Position numbers and translations under genes: made by a program. A stretch of 64,000 nt of DNA from an uncultured Desulfobacter sp. (GTDB taxonomy: Bacteria; Desulfobacterota; Desulfobacteria; Desulfobacterales; Desulfobacteraceae), in contig OY762069.1 of NCBI GenBank assembly GCA_963665095.1, positions 160,001-224,000 of the forward strand. The letters run 5' to 3'. Position 1 is the first letter of the stretch; each line of letters opens with the position of its first letter. The notes beneath the pieces were generated by a model. It was not told where the DNA came from, did no database searches, and saw only the letters and a list, made by a program, of their open reading frames with translations. Shown piece by piece: positions 47,555 through 57,063 of this stretch.

Positions 47555-48633
47555 TGTTCCCCCCGACCAAGTTTTCTGACAATAATCAGCAGGAAAAGGG
47601 GAACACCCATATATGCAGTAATGATTCCCACCGGGATTTCCACCGGCGAGATGATATTGGCGGATAGAAGGTCTGCCCCGGCTAGAAGCAATCCGCCAGA
47701 AAGGCCTGCCATGGGAATCAGGTACTTGTTGTCGGATCCGATGACCATCCGGCAGATGTGCGGCGCCACAAGACCTATGAATCCGATGGTTCCCACGAAA
47801 CAGACAATGGTAGATGTTAAAAATACGCTGAGCAGCAGGGTGACAATCCGAATCCTCTTAACCGGGACACCAAGACTTGTGGCTGTTTCATCCCCATACC
47901 CCAGGATGTTCATCTGCCAGGACTGGCTGAAAATTAAAACCGATGTTACGGCCAGGACCAGGGATGTAACCCTTATTTTCATCCAGTCCGCGGTACCCAG
48001 GGAGCCGACCATCCAAAACACCACTTGCTTGACAGCCTCGTCTTCGGCAAAGTATTGCAAAAGCGTAGTGGTGGCAGAAAAAAGAAACATCAGGGCAATA
48101 CCCGTCAGAATCATGAACACCGGCGTGGCGTTTTTCCCTGCGCTGATGCCGATAATCAGCAGAGCGCATAACATGGCACCGGCAAAGGCGTTTACAATGA
48201 TGCCCCAGGTTCCGGGAATAAGGGAGATATTCAGAACAATGGCCAGGGTTGCACCAAAGGATGCGCCTGAAGAGATGCCAAGGGTATAGGGCGATGCCAT
48301 GGGGTTCCGCAGGACTCCCTGCATCACGGCACCAGCAATGCCAAGTCCGCAGCCTGATACCAGGCCCAAAAGGATTCGCGGCAACCGGATATTGATAATG
48401 ATATGCTCGGTCAATGGCGACAGACCTGAAGGCCTTTGAAAAATTTTTCCTGCAATGGCCCTGCAAATCTGGGGGACCGGGATGTCAAAGACACCCACGG
48501 CCGTTCCCAGGCAGGTGAACAGGGCAATGACAATAACCAGCCCCCACAGGAAAAGCTGCTTTGCAGCCAGGGAGGACTGGTATTGTTTGAAAATCCTGTA
48601 TCTGTCGTTATCCAGGGTCATGGAATCAATCAT
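47551..48633 (-). CDS. ABC transporter permease (FecCD/BtuC family)
   Basis: IRLPRILL, QGVLRNPMASPYTLG, GDETATSLGV and GFIGLVAPHI motifs. True start is ATG 48633 or 48621 rather than 48813. Confidence 0.93.
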   Translation of the reverse strand: MIDSMTLDNDRYRIFKQYQSSLAAKQLFLWGLVIVIALFTCLGTAVGVFDIPVPQICRAIAGKIFQRPSGLSPLTEHIIINIRLPRILLGLVSGCGLGIAGAVMQGVLRNPMASPYTLGISSGASFGATLAIVLNISLIPGTWGIIVNAFAGAMLCALLIIGISAGKNATPVFMILTGIALMFLFSATTTLLQYFAEDEAVKQVVFWMVGSLGTADWMKIRVTSLVLAVTSVLIFSQSWQMNILGYGDETATSLGVPVKRIRIVTLLLSVFLTSTIVCFVGTIGFIGLVAPHICRMVIGSDNKYLIPMAGLSGGLLLAGADLLSANIISPVEIPVGIITAYMGVPLFLLIIVRKLGRGEQ

Positions 48634-49897
48634 CTCCCTGCCAGGTCCTGAATACAGGGTGGTTCGTGATTTCCCAGGTATACAGGCCCGGGGTGCCGTA
48701 GAAAAATTCAAGCATATGGTTCGCCTTTTTTTCCACATCAATATTCCGGAATTGTTCCGGGTACAATATTTTGGCGATATACCAGGTTTCTGCTGCGCTG
48801 AAAGCGGAATCATATCCGATCCGGCCGTTTCGCAGGAAAACTGCCTGTCCTGTTTTAATGGCTTTAAGCAAGGACAGGGTCGGATCCTTTTTTATTTCGT
48901 CGATCATGCCGGCCAGGTGGGGCCAGTATTGGATGAAAATTACGTCCGGATCCCATTTAAGAACCTGTTCCAACTGGATTTCCCCGAAAAAAGGGGCATT
49001 GGCAGCTGACGGCATGGTACCACCTGCCAGCAGAATGGGGCTGTAAATCCTGGCCCCTCGGTTGATCTTCCCGGAGCAGTACCAGGCACTGCGTTTTTCT
49101 GCTTTTGACAGCGCGCTTATCCGGGATTTAAGCATCCCGAACTCATTCTCACAAAAGTTGATGATGTTAAGTGCCCTGTCCTGTTTGCCGAATATATATC
49201 CCAGGGTCAGCCAGTTTTCATAGGGTCCGTTCTCAATAGCGTAATCCCGGCCGTTAAGGTTGTCCCTGGGCTGGAATACCGGTGCGCCCGAAGCGGTTTC
49301 AAGCACTTCTGCCTGGTCGGCCTTAACCTGTCCTGCAAGGATCAGATCCGGATGAAGGGCGGCCAGTACTTCTTTGTTCGGTGCGCCGGAAGTACCGACA
49401 TTGATCCGGTCCGAAAGCTTTGGGCAGGCCTTGAGAAAGGCAAACTGCCCCGCATATTTGGATCCTTTGGCCGTATAGGCGTCTATACCTGCGATTATAT
49501 CTTGGACACCAAGCTGGACCAGAGTTCTGGTGCCCCAGGGGGCCAGGGTGACCAACCGGGTAACCGGCAGCCGGATGGTAACCGTTGCCCCTGATCTGTC
49601 AACAAGGCTTATACTTCGGGCCGTGCCGTCCATCAGGGCCTGAATGCTGGCCAAGTCGTTTTTGTCTACAACTCCGTCCCGATTGGCGTCCGCATAGGGA
49701 GTCACAGGCGCGGTCCCTTTGATAACCGCATAGACGTAATTTATGTCTGCCGAATCAATGGTCCAGTTCATGTCTGCGTTGCCATAAATATCCAGCATAA
49801 AACCAAACCTGTCGGCCGCTGCTGAAGGCTGTGCAGCCATGGCAACCTGTGCCGGTATCCATGAAAGCCATAATACCAGGAAAATAAGATAGTTCAT
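48626..49897 (-). CDS. Metal-chelate/cobalamin-type ABC substrate-binding protein with N-terminal dockerin-like repeat
   Basis: Signal peptide; GNADMNWTIDSAD / ADANRDGVVDKND repeat; DRSGATVTI, PNKEVLAALHPDLI and EQVLKWDPDVIF motifs. Confidence 0.88.
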   Translation of the reverse strand: MNYLIFLVLWLSWIPAQVAMAAQPSAAADRFGFMLDIYGNADMNWTIDSADINYVYAVIKGTAPVTPYADANRDGVVDKNDLASIQALMDGTARSISLVDRSGATVTIRLPVTRLVTLAPWGTRTLVQLGVQDIIAGIDAYTAKGSKYAGQFAFLKACPKLSDRINVGTSGAPNKEVLAALHPDLILAGQVKADQAEVLETASGAPVFQPRDNLNGRDYAIENGPYENWLTLGYIFGKQDRALNIINFCENEFGMLKSRISALSKAEKRSAWYCSGKINRGARIYSPILLAGGTMPSAANAPFFGEIQLEQVLKWDPDVIFIQYWPHLAGMIDEIKKDPTLSLLKAIKTGQAVFLRNGRIGYDSAFSAAETWYIAKILYPEQFRNIDVEKKANHMLEFFYGTPGLYTWEITNHPVFRTWQGDD

Positions 49898-49914
49898 TGG
49901 CGTTATCCCTGGAA

Positions 49915-51708
49915 TTAAAAGGTATGCTCGTAGGTCAGTAAAAACCCGCGTTCCTCAAGTATGGAACTGCCCCCTGCATTGATGGCGTCATCCCTGTCTA
50001 ACAGGTTGTTCACATTGAGACGAATGCTGTCTTTGTCTGTGATATCATAAGCGGCATTCAGGCTTACGTCCCAAAGGGGGTCTGTGTCATCGACCCTGTC
50101 AGATGCGTGGTGGACCATAAGATTGACCATGCCCTTGCTGAACCGGTATCCCAGGTTCAGTTGCATCCCGAACCGGAACTCGGTATCTTCCCAGTCGTCG
50201 CTGCTTACAGTTTTCTGTTCCGGCTTGCCGTAGTAAAGCCCCGCACCGCCAATCAGGCCCGTGGCCGTATCATGGCGGAAAGCCAGTTCTACCCCTGTAT
50301 TTCTGAACTTGTTGGCATTCAGGTAAATGGTTTTACCTTCCGATGTTTTGCCGCTGTAAATACGGTTGTCGATATCCATATGAAAGAGGGCCAATTTAAG
50401 GCTGTCAAACCGGGTAAACAATGTTTTCCATCCCATTTCATAGGTCCATCCGATTTCGGATTCCAGATCCCCATTAGGTTCCTGGGTGGCGGAATACCCG
50501 TACCGTTGTGACAATGTAGGTTCCCGTAAGGATCTATTGATATTCAGGTACAGGTTGCTGCTGTCTCCGAGGGCCTGCAGGATCTGAAACTGGGGGCAGA
50601 AGACATTGTCTGATGCGTTGCTGAGCACCTCCCTGGCCCCGGCCAGAAATTTTGTGGAAGCAAACAGGTCTGTTTCCGTCAAAAAGAAGAGCGCTCCCTT
50701 GTTCCGGGTATTTTTGACCCACGCGTCGTTGTTGATCCGTTTGGATAATTCGTGGTCGAAGTTGCCGCCCGCAGTCAGGGAAAATTTTTCAAAAACCCAC
50801 TTGTCCTGGATATCTGCGCCATAAATTCGGCCTCGCTGTTTCCCGGTGGGGTTTGTATATGTCCACTCCCGGTTTTGTCCGTAGACCATTATCTTGAGGT
50901 TTTCATGTTTATAGCTGGCCTGGCCGATATCGTATACGGTTTCATTTTCCCATGGTGCGCCTGCGGAAAGACCTGTGGACGCACTGTACTTGGAGCTTGT
51001 GGTTTCTCGCTGACTGTGCAGGAACATAAAGTTGAAATGCTTGTTCAGCTCGTAGTTCAGGGTGAGGTTATCCCGTTTCAGGTCATCACCATAATAGTTG
51101 GTTCTTGACGTATAAATGAGCCCTCGCTGCTGTTCCTGGAAATGCTCGTAGGCCAGGGAAAGCCCTTTGGCGGATAAAAAAGCGCTACCCTGTCGTTTCC
51201 CGTTGTTTCCTGCCCCAACCGAAATCGTGCTGGGCCCGTCTTTTTTAGTGATAATATTTACTACACCTGTTGTGGCGTCGCTGCCGTACAGAACAGCAGA
51301 TCCGCCTTTGACAAGCTCCACACGTTCGATGCCTGATGTGGCAAAGCTGCCCAATTGAAAATATCCGTCGTTGGCAAGGGGAATGCCGTTGACCAGGATG
51401 GTCAGGTATCCGGTGATACCCCTGAACCCGGGGAGTCCGTTTCCGGACGGGGACCTTGAAATCGAAAAGTCCGGGACTGTACTGATAACATCCAAAAGAG
51501 TTTTGGCCCCCATGTTCTTGATGTCTTCACTGGTAAAAACCTGGGTTGAGGCCGGAATTTCTATATCTTTCTTCTCGCCACGGGTTGCAGTGACGATCAT
51601 TGGATCAAGTTCTGACGTATCATCTTCCTGGGCTTGGATATTGCCTGAAACCAAAATGAGGATGATCATTGACAAAAAGATTGTAAGAGTTTTTTTAAAT
51701 CGAGTCAT
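49915..51708 (-). CDS. TonB-dependent outer membrane receptor (BtuB-like size and context)
   Basis: Signal peptide, TonB box DPMIVTATR, plug IERVELVKGGSAVLYGSDATTGVVNIITK, NNLLD and terminal aromatic YEHTF. Confidence 0.92.
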   Translation of the reverse strand: MTRFKKTLTIFLSMIILILVSGNIQAQEDDTSELDPMIVTATRGEKKDIEIPASTQVFTSEDIKNMGAKTLLDVISTVPDFSISRSPSGNGLPGFRGITGYLTILVNGIPLANDGYFQLGSFATSGIERVELVKGGSAVLYGSDATTGVVNIITKKDGPSTISVGAGNNGKRQGSAFLSAKGLSLAYEHFQEQQRGLIYTSRTNYYGDDLKRDNLTLNYELNKHFNFMFLHSQRETTSSKYSASTGLSAGAPWENETVYDIGQASYKHENLKIMVYGQNREWTYTNPTGKQRGRIYGADIQDKWVFEKFSLTAGGNFDHELSKRINNDAWVKNTRNKGALFFLTETDLFASTKFLAGAREVLSNASDNVFCPQFQILQALGDSSNLYLNINRSLREPTLSQRYGYSATQEPNGDLESEIGWTYEMGWKTLFTRFDSLKLALFHMDIDNRIYSGKTSEGKTIYLNANKFRNTGVELAFRHDTATGLIGGAGLYYGKPEQKTVSSDDWEDTEFRFGMQLNLGYRFSKGMVNLMVHHASDRVDDTDPLWDVSLNAAYDITDKDSIRLNVNNLLDRDDAINAGGSSILEERGFLLTYEHTF

Positions 51709-51758
51709 GTTGCGGTTCCCTTTTCATATAGTTGTGAGTTTAAATCATTCGCCCAAAT

Positions 51759-51794
51759 AAAAAACCCCGGCTCATTATATAAATGAGTCCGGGG
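51759..51794 (-). terminator. Attenuator terminator in the riboswitch expression platform
   Basis: Minus strand CCCCGGACTCATT...AATGAGCCGGGG followed by TTTTTT, between the aptamer and the receptor start. Confidence 0.75.
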
Positions 51795-51860
51795 ATTCCC
51801 TTTTTTTCCACGAAACACAGCTTACCCCTTTCCCGGCTTCGAGGGATAGGGTTATCTTTT

Positions 51861-52055
51861 TTCAGGCAGGTCTTCTGACTTCCGGATCAATCTACTTGTT
51901 GCGTCTTCCCAGCGGTTTTATCGAAAAAGCCTGTTCCGGTTTTTTTTAAACCACCAGTGACATCCTGCTACAACTTTCGTCCCCGGTTACAGCGGCGGGC
52001 CCGTTCCGGCATTAAACCGGATTCCCTATTAAGCTCATTAAGAGCACCTAAAAAA
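51861..52055 (-). ncRNA. Cobalamin (AdoCbl) riboswitch
   Basis: Minus strand AGGTGC...AATAGGGAATCCGGT...CCCGCCGCTGTAA...GTCACTG...CTGGGAAG...B12-box AAGTCAGAAGACCTGCC. Confidence 0.95.
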
Positions 52056-52122
52056 AATTAACAACTCAATATCTAATCGCCCTTTGGGTGTCAATATGAA
52101 TATTAATTAAGTAAAAATTTTG

Positions 52123-53402
52123 GTAACTATTCAGTTCAATGAACATCAAGATTACTTAATGGGATACAATCTTTTTTCTTTTTGACAAGCAAAGAATCAC
52201 TCAGCTATAAAATCCGGCAGTTTGCCTTGGAACAATAAGCGTAACGCTTCGGTTGCTCTCATTCCATGCTTTTTGCAAGTTGATAGGTAACTGCAAACAC
52301 GACAGAAGATTGCGGCCCCCTCTGTAGAGCGAAAGCAGCCTGATATTTTCTGCTGAACTTTTGTCATCCTGATATCATTTTCGCCCTGGTTATTGCTAAA
52401 CGGAACCTGTTGTTCATCCATAAAGCAAAGAATCTCCGTTTCATAGTCTATTAGCCGTTCCAGCCTGACTGATCTGCAATAGGAGGTCTCTCATGTCCCT
52501 GGCCCATGATTGTTTGTCCTGTTCCCAGGCTCTTTCCAGTTCTCTGAGGTGATGAGCATTACACAGGGCATGATGGCAGTCTAATTTGAAATATGGTTTC
52601 CAATGATCATGGCAAAGAACCCCCTTGAAATTCGGAATCTTTACCTGATCCTGAAAATCTTCTTCAATCCGTTTATACGGAACCAATTGGTACTGTGACA
52701 TATAGACTGAATGGACTTTCACATTAAGGCCATATTGCACCGGGCGGGTGACTCCTTCAGGGAATGGAGCCGTGAACTTTTTCCCATTGGCATCTTCAAG
52801 AATTTGTGCCCTGTATTCGGTTACTATCCGTGAAATATCAATATCGACAACCTGTCTGGATTCAAACCCTGCATCTTTGTACATCCCTTCCGGCAGAGTT
52901 TTTCTGTCCAAAGGGATATCTTCAATAAAATCCGGGGAATCAAATTGTTGCAGAGTAGTGCCGGTATGTCCTTTTTGTCCTCCAACTTTGCGGTCTCCCG
53001 TTGGTTTCTTTTTCTTGTTCCGGTTAGGGTCTGTTGAAGGAGGTTTGCTGCTGTTACGACTGTTGAGGCCCAGTTGATTCATCATAAGAATGATTAATAC
53101 CAGCAACATCTCTATGGTGCTTTTCAAAGCAGGGGAAACGCCAGGGTCATTTGAATGAAGATATTATAACACAGGTTTTTGAGGTAATTTTTTTCGAACA
53201 TAAAGGCGTTTTTACGCATTTTTAAATTTTGGATATGGCTGGCCATTCATCTGTCGGCTAAAAACCAGTGGATCTGATGATATCCGTTATAACCCTCCCC
53301 AATGAAGGGTTTTGTATATGAAACCGAAAATTCAAATTTTTCGCCAAAACCCCTGTCAAGGAGAAAATGACATCAAATGCATTTTTTTTGCTGAATAGTT
53401 AC
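52123..53402 (-). mobile_element. Internally deleted IS66-family (ISBst12-like) element
   Basis: Perfect 12-bp terminal inverted repeats GTAACTATTCAG (52123-52134) and CTGAATAGTTAC (53391-53402) enclose transposase fragments. No matching flanking duplication. Confidence 0.88.
52197..53127 (-). pseudogene. IS66 transposase pseudogene (two fragments)
   Basis: LNSRNSSKPPSTD, GGQKGHTG, GVLCHDHW, LCNAHHLREL, then VPFSNNQGENDIRMTKVQQKISGCFRS in a separate ORF. The central DET-containing segment is absent. Confidence 0.9.
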
Positions 53403-53422
53403 TTTATCTGCTGGTATTCGGC

Positions 53423-53809
53423 ATGGGCCGGGCCTGCGTGGGCATTGCAGGAGGCCTGATGCCCTCCTATCTGGCAGTCCACCCGGAAGTGGGCACCCTT
53501 TTCGGGCTCATTGCCTTTGTCATTGTTGCCATGGCCGGCCTCACCGCCACAGAGGTGAAAACCGCCGTGGACCTGATTTTAAGGATCAGGGAAAACGGGG
53601 TCACCCTCCTGGTGGTGGAGCATATCATGGAGGCCATCATGCCCATTGCCGACAAGGTGGTAGTGCTGGACGGCGGGAAAAAGATCGCAGACGGCCCGCC
53701 CAATGAGATCATCGAGGACGAACAGGTGATCAAGGCCTATTTTGGAGAAAAATACAGCAAACGGTTGAAACAGGAGAGGAAAAATGGTCAGTCCCCTGCT
53801 CAAGGTTGA
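53423..53809 (+). pseudogene. Chimeric remnant: LivH-like permease fragment fused in frame to a LivG C-terminus
   Basis: GIAGGLMPSYLAVHPEVGTLFGLIAFVIVAM (LivH-like) joined to MAGLTATEV...TLLVVEHIMEAIMPIADKVVVLDGG (LivG-like). No Walker A. Confidence 0.75.
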
Positions 53810-54500
53810 TGATATTCACTGCGGATATGACGGCGTGCCAGTGATTCACGGCATCTCCATTGAGGTCTATCCCGGAGAACTTGTGGCCATTGTAGGCACC
53901 AACGGCGCCGGGAAAACCACGCTGATGAAAACCATTGCAGGGCTCATCCGGCCCTCCCGGGGCACCCTGTCTTTCAAAGGCGCAGACATCACGTCCCTGC
54001 CGGCCCATAAGACCGTCCGGCGGGGCATCAGCTATGTCCCCGAAGGCCGGCGTCTGTTTTCCAAACTCTCTGTGCGGGAAAACCTGGAAATGGGATCCTG
54101 CATTGTCAAAGACCGGGGCGAAATTGCTGCCCGCCTGGATGAGATGTTTTCCCTGTTCCCCATCCTCAAGACCCGTGCCGATCAGATGGCCGAAACCATG
54201 AGCGGCGGCGAACAGCAGATGCTGGCCATTGCCAGGGGCCTGATGTCAAAGCCTGAGCTTTTGATGCTGGATGAGATGTCCTTAGGATTGATGCCCTCAT
54301 TGGTGGAAAAGATGATGGAAACCATCCAGGCGGTTCACGAGGCAGGAGTCACGGTGCTCTTAGTCGAGCAGATGGTTCAGGATGCTCTGGAGGTGGCCCA
54401 GCGCGGGTATGTGATTCAGACCGGGAAGGTTGTACTCTCCGGCATGTCTGAAGATCTTCTGGCCTCAGAAGAAGTCCGTCAGGCCTACATGGGAATGTAG
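53784..54500 (+). CDS. livF: Branched-chain amino acid ABC transporter ATP-binding protein
   Basis: GTNGAGKTT, YVPEGRRLF, MSGGEQQMLAIARGLM and LLVEQ motifs. Confidence 0.9.
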   Translation: MVSPLLKVDDIHCGYDGVPVIHGISIEVYPGELVAIVGTNGAGKTTLMKTIAGLIRPSRGTLSFKGADITSLPAHKTVRRGISYVPEGRRLFSKLSVRENLEMGSCIVKDRGEIAARLDEMFSLFPILKTRADQMAETMSGGEQQMLAIARGLMSKPELLMLDEMSLGLMPSLVEKMMETIQAVHEAGVTVLLVEQMVQDALEVAQRGYVIQTGKVVLSGMSEDLLASEEVRQAYMGM

Positions 54501-54746
54501 GTTTAAATGAAGCAATCTGCTTCATCAATGTCCAATTCCTTTACACCCTGGAAAATCAAGCCAATAGCCATGGTTGGGATTTTAGCGGAAATCCAAAGCA
54601 AAAATCCGCTAAAACCCCAATGAAAATAAGCCCTTCTCCCTCGAAACACCCACAAGAAAATATGGGTGCCGCCAATGGCACCCAATTTGCTCTGGGAACA
54701 TCTTTAATTGCCGGCCCAATTGTTGCCGGTATTGGATAACAACAAC

Positions 54747-54879
54747 GTCTGACACGAAACCCGGGTTTGGACGAGAAGTTGTCCGGATGCAAGGCGCAAG
54801 AGAGGTTGCAACCTTCAGGTTGTGAGGATTGCAGCCTCTCGCAGCAACGCCGCAGGCGGGCGGGTTTTCGTTCAAACCC
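54747..54879 (+). repeat. ERIC-like repeat, second copy, in the pta 5' leader
   Basis: GGGTTTGGACGAGAAG...GATGCAAGGCGCAAG...GTGAGGATTGCAGC...GCAGCAACGCCGCAGG...TTTTCGTTCAAACCC is collinear with 40968-41123. Confidence 0.8.
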
Positions 54880-54898
54880 CAAAGAGGAAGGCTTTTTT

Positions 54899-57019
54899 AT
54901 GGCTAACAGTCTGTACATTACCCCCACTGAAACCCGAAGCGGAAAATCTCTCATCGTTCTCGGCATCATGCAGCTGCTGCTCAAAGATATCCGGATTGTG
55001 GGATTTTTCAGACCCATTATCAATCCCCCCGCAAAGGGCGCAAGGGATCATGATATTGATCTGGTCCTTTCTAATTTTTACATTGGGATGCAATATGAAG
55101 AAACATATGCCTACACCCTGGAAGAGGCCAAGCAGATGGTCAACTCCGGCCGCCAGGCTGAGATGATGGAAACCATTTTGAACAAGTATAAAGCACTGGA
55201 GGAAAAATGCCGGTTTGTCCTGTGTGAGGGGACTGACTTTGCCGCAGGCTCCGAGGCCTTTGAATTTGATATCAATGCCGATATCATTGCAGATATCGGG
55301 TGTCCTGCCCTGGTGGTCTCCAATGGATATGAAAAAGATGAAGACCAGGTGGTCAGTTCCTGCCAGCTGGCTGTGGAGAGTCTTATCCACCGGGGTGTGG
55401 ATGTGCTGGCTCTGATGGTCAACCGGGTGACGGCTGACGCTTTGGAGAATCTTAAAACAGATCTTGAGCTGGCCCTGTCCCGGCCTGAAGTGCTGGTATA
55501 TACCATTCCTGAGACCCCGGCCTTAAGCCGGCCCTCTGTCAGGGATCTGCTTCAGCCGGTGGATGCCCAGGTGCTTTATGGCCGGAATGCCCTGGAAAAC
55601 CAGATATCCGAGTGTGTCATTGCCGCCATGCTGGCGCCCAATTTCCTGGATCATATTAAAAAGGACTGTTTGGTTGTCACTGCCGGGGACCGGTCCAGTA
55701 TTGTGATCACCTGTCTGGCCTCACGGCAGTCCCTGGCATATCCGGATATTGCAGGTATCCTTGTTACCGGCGGTATTCCCATACCTGATTCCATGATGCG
55801 GCTTATCCAGGGATGGAAAGAGCTGCCCGTGCCGATTCTTCAAACCCGGATGGACACCCATTCGGCTGTCAAAGCAGTTGACAATGTTTACGGCCGGATT
55901 TCACCGGATGATCCCCGGCGCATTGCTTTGGGGCTGGGGGTTTTTGAAGCCTGTGTAAACGCCCACGCCTTCAGGCAGCGCCTTTCTGCCAGAAAATCCA
56001 TCCGGATCACCCCGCAGATGTTTGAATACAGTCTCATTGAAAAAGCCAAGAAAAACCGCCAGCATATTGTGCTGCCCGAGGGTACCAGTGAACGGGTGCT
56101 TAAGGCTGCCGATATCCTTTTACGGCGCTCGTTTTGTGATATTACCCTTTTGGGCAAAACCGAGGCGGTTCAGCGCCGCATCAAGGAGCTGGGGCTGAAT
56201 CTGCCGGATGCCAGAATTGTTCAGCCGGATGAAAGTCCCCTGCTGGATGATTATGCCAATACCTATTTTGAATTGAGAAAACACAAAGGCGTCACCCTGG
56301 ACATGGCCCGGGATACCCTGGCCGACCCGTCTTACTTCGGCACCATGATGGTACATAAAGGCGATGCCGACGGCATGGTGTCCGGTTCAGTGAACACTAC
56401 GGCCCACACCATCCTGCCGGCGTTCCAGATTATTAAAACCCAGCCTGGGTCCACCATAGTCTCTTCTGTATTCCTCATGTGCCTGAAAGATAGGGTGCTG
56501 GTGTTTGGTGACTGTGCTGTGAACCCCAACCCCACTGCGTCTCAGCTGTCGGAAATTGCAGTGGCATCGGCACGCACTGCCGCCATTTTCGGCATTGAAC
56601 CCCGGGTGGCCATGCTCTCTTATTCCACAGGATCTTCCGGCTCCGGCGCCGATGTGGACAAGGTGATCCAGGCCACAGCCATGGCACGGGAGGCAGCCCC
56701 TGACCTCCCCATTGAAGGCCCCATCCAGTACGATGCCGCCATTGATCCGGCTGTTGCCATGACCAAGCTGCCGGGCTCCAAGGTGGCTGGCAGGGCCACG
56801 GTATTTATTTTCCCGGATCTGAATACCGGAAACAATACCTACAAGGCCGTGCAGCGGGCCTCTGACAAGGCCGTGGCCATTGGTCCGGTTCTCCAGGGTC
56901 TGAACCGGCCCATTAACGATTTAAGCCGGGGATGCACTGTCCCGGATATTGTCAACACCGTTGCCATCACCGCCATCCAGGCCCAGGCCGGAAAGGTGGC
57001 GCGGGAGACTAATATTTAA
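54899..57019 (+). CDS. pta: Phosphate acetyltransferase (long form: BioD-like, DRTGG and PTA domains)
   Basis: RBS GAGGA before ATG 54899. CEGTDF, VTAGDRS, LVTGG, IVLPEG, FGDCAVNP, FPDLNTGNNTYKAVQR and NDLSRG motifs. Confidence 0.95.
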   Translation: MANSLYITPTETRSGKSLIVLGIMQLLLKDIRIVGFFRPIINPPAKGARDHDIDLVLSNFYIGMQYEETYAYTLEEAKQMVNSGRQAEMMETILNKYKALEEKCRFVLCEGTDFAAGSEAFEFDINADIIADIGCPALVVSNGYEKDEDQVVSSCQLAVESLIHRGVDVLALMVNRVTADALENLKTDLELALSRPEVLVYTIPETPALSRPSVRDLLQPVDAQVLYGRNALENQISECVIAAMLAPNFLDHIKKDCLVVTAGDRSSIVITCLASRQSLAYPDIAGILVTGGIPIPDSMMRLIQGWKELPVPILQTRMDTHSAVKAVDNVYGRISPDDPRRIALGLGVFEACVNAHAFRQRLSARKSIRITPQMFEYSLIEKAKKNRQHIVLPEGTSERVLKAADILLRRSFCDITLLGKTEAVQRRIKELGLNLPDARIVQPDESPLLDDYANTYFELRKHKGVTLDMARDTLADPSYFGTMMVHKGDADGMVSGSVNTTAHTILPAFQIIKTQPGSTIVSSVFLMCLKDRVLVFGDCAVNPNPTASQLSEIAVASARTAAIFGIEPRVAMLSYSTGSSGSGADVDKVIQATAMAREAAPDLPIEGPIQYDAAIDPAVAMTKLPGSKVAGRATVFIFPDLNTGNNTYKAVQRASDKAVAIGPVLQGLNRPINDLSRGCTVPDIVNTVAITAIQAQAGKVARETNI

Positions 57020-57027
57020 AATCAACT

Positions 57028-57063
57028 CCCGGCCGGTTGCAGGCATACCTGCAACCGGCCGGG
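57028..57063. terminator. Perfect 16-bp GC-rich hairpin after pta (terminator or mRNA-stabilising stem)
   Basis: CCCGGCCGGTTGCAGG-CATA-CCTGCAACCGGCCGGG with no clear T-tract. Confidence 0.55.

Noticed and set aside
48634..48813. N-terminal extension of the FecCD permease ORF
   Set aside because: It overlaps the binding-protein gene in another frame and has no permease character.
54767..54898. 44-aa N-terminal extension of Pta in the ORF track
   Set aside because: It is a translation of the ERIC-like repeat. An RBS precedes ATG 54899.
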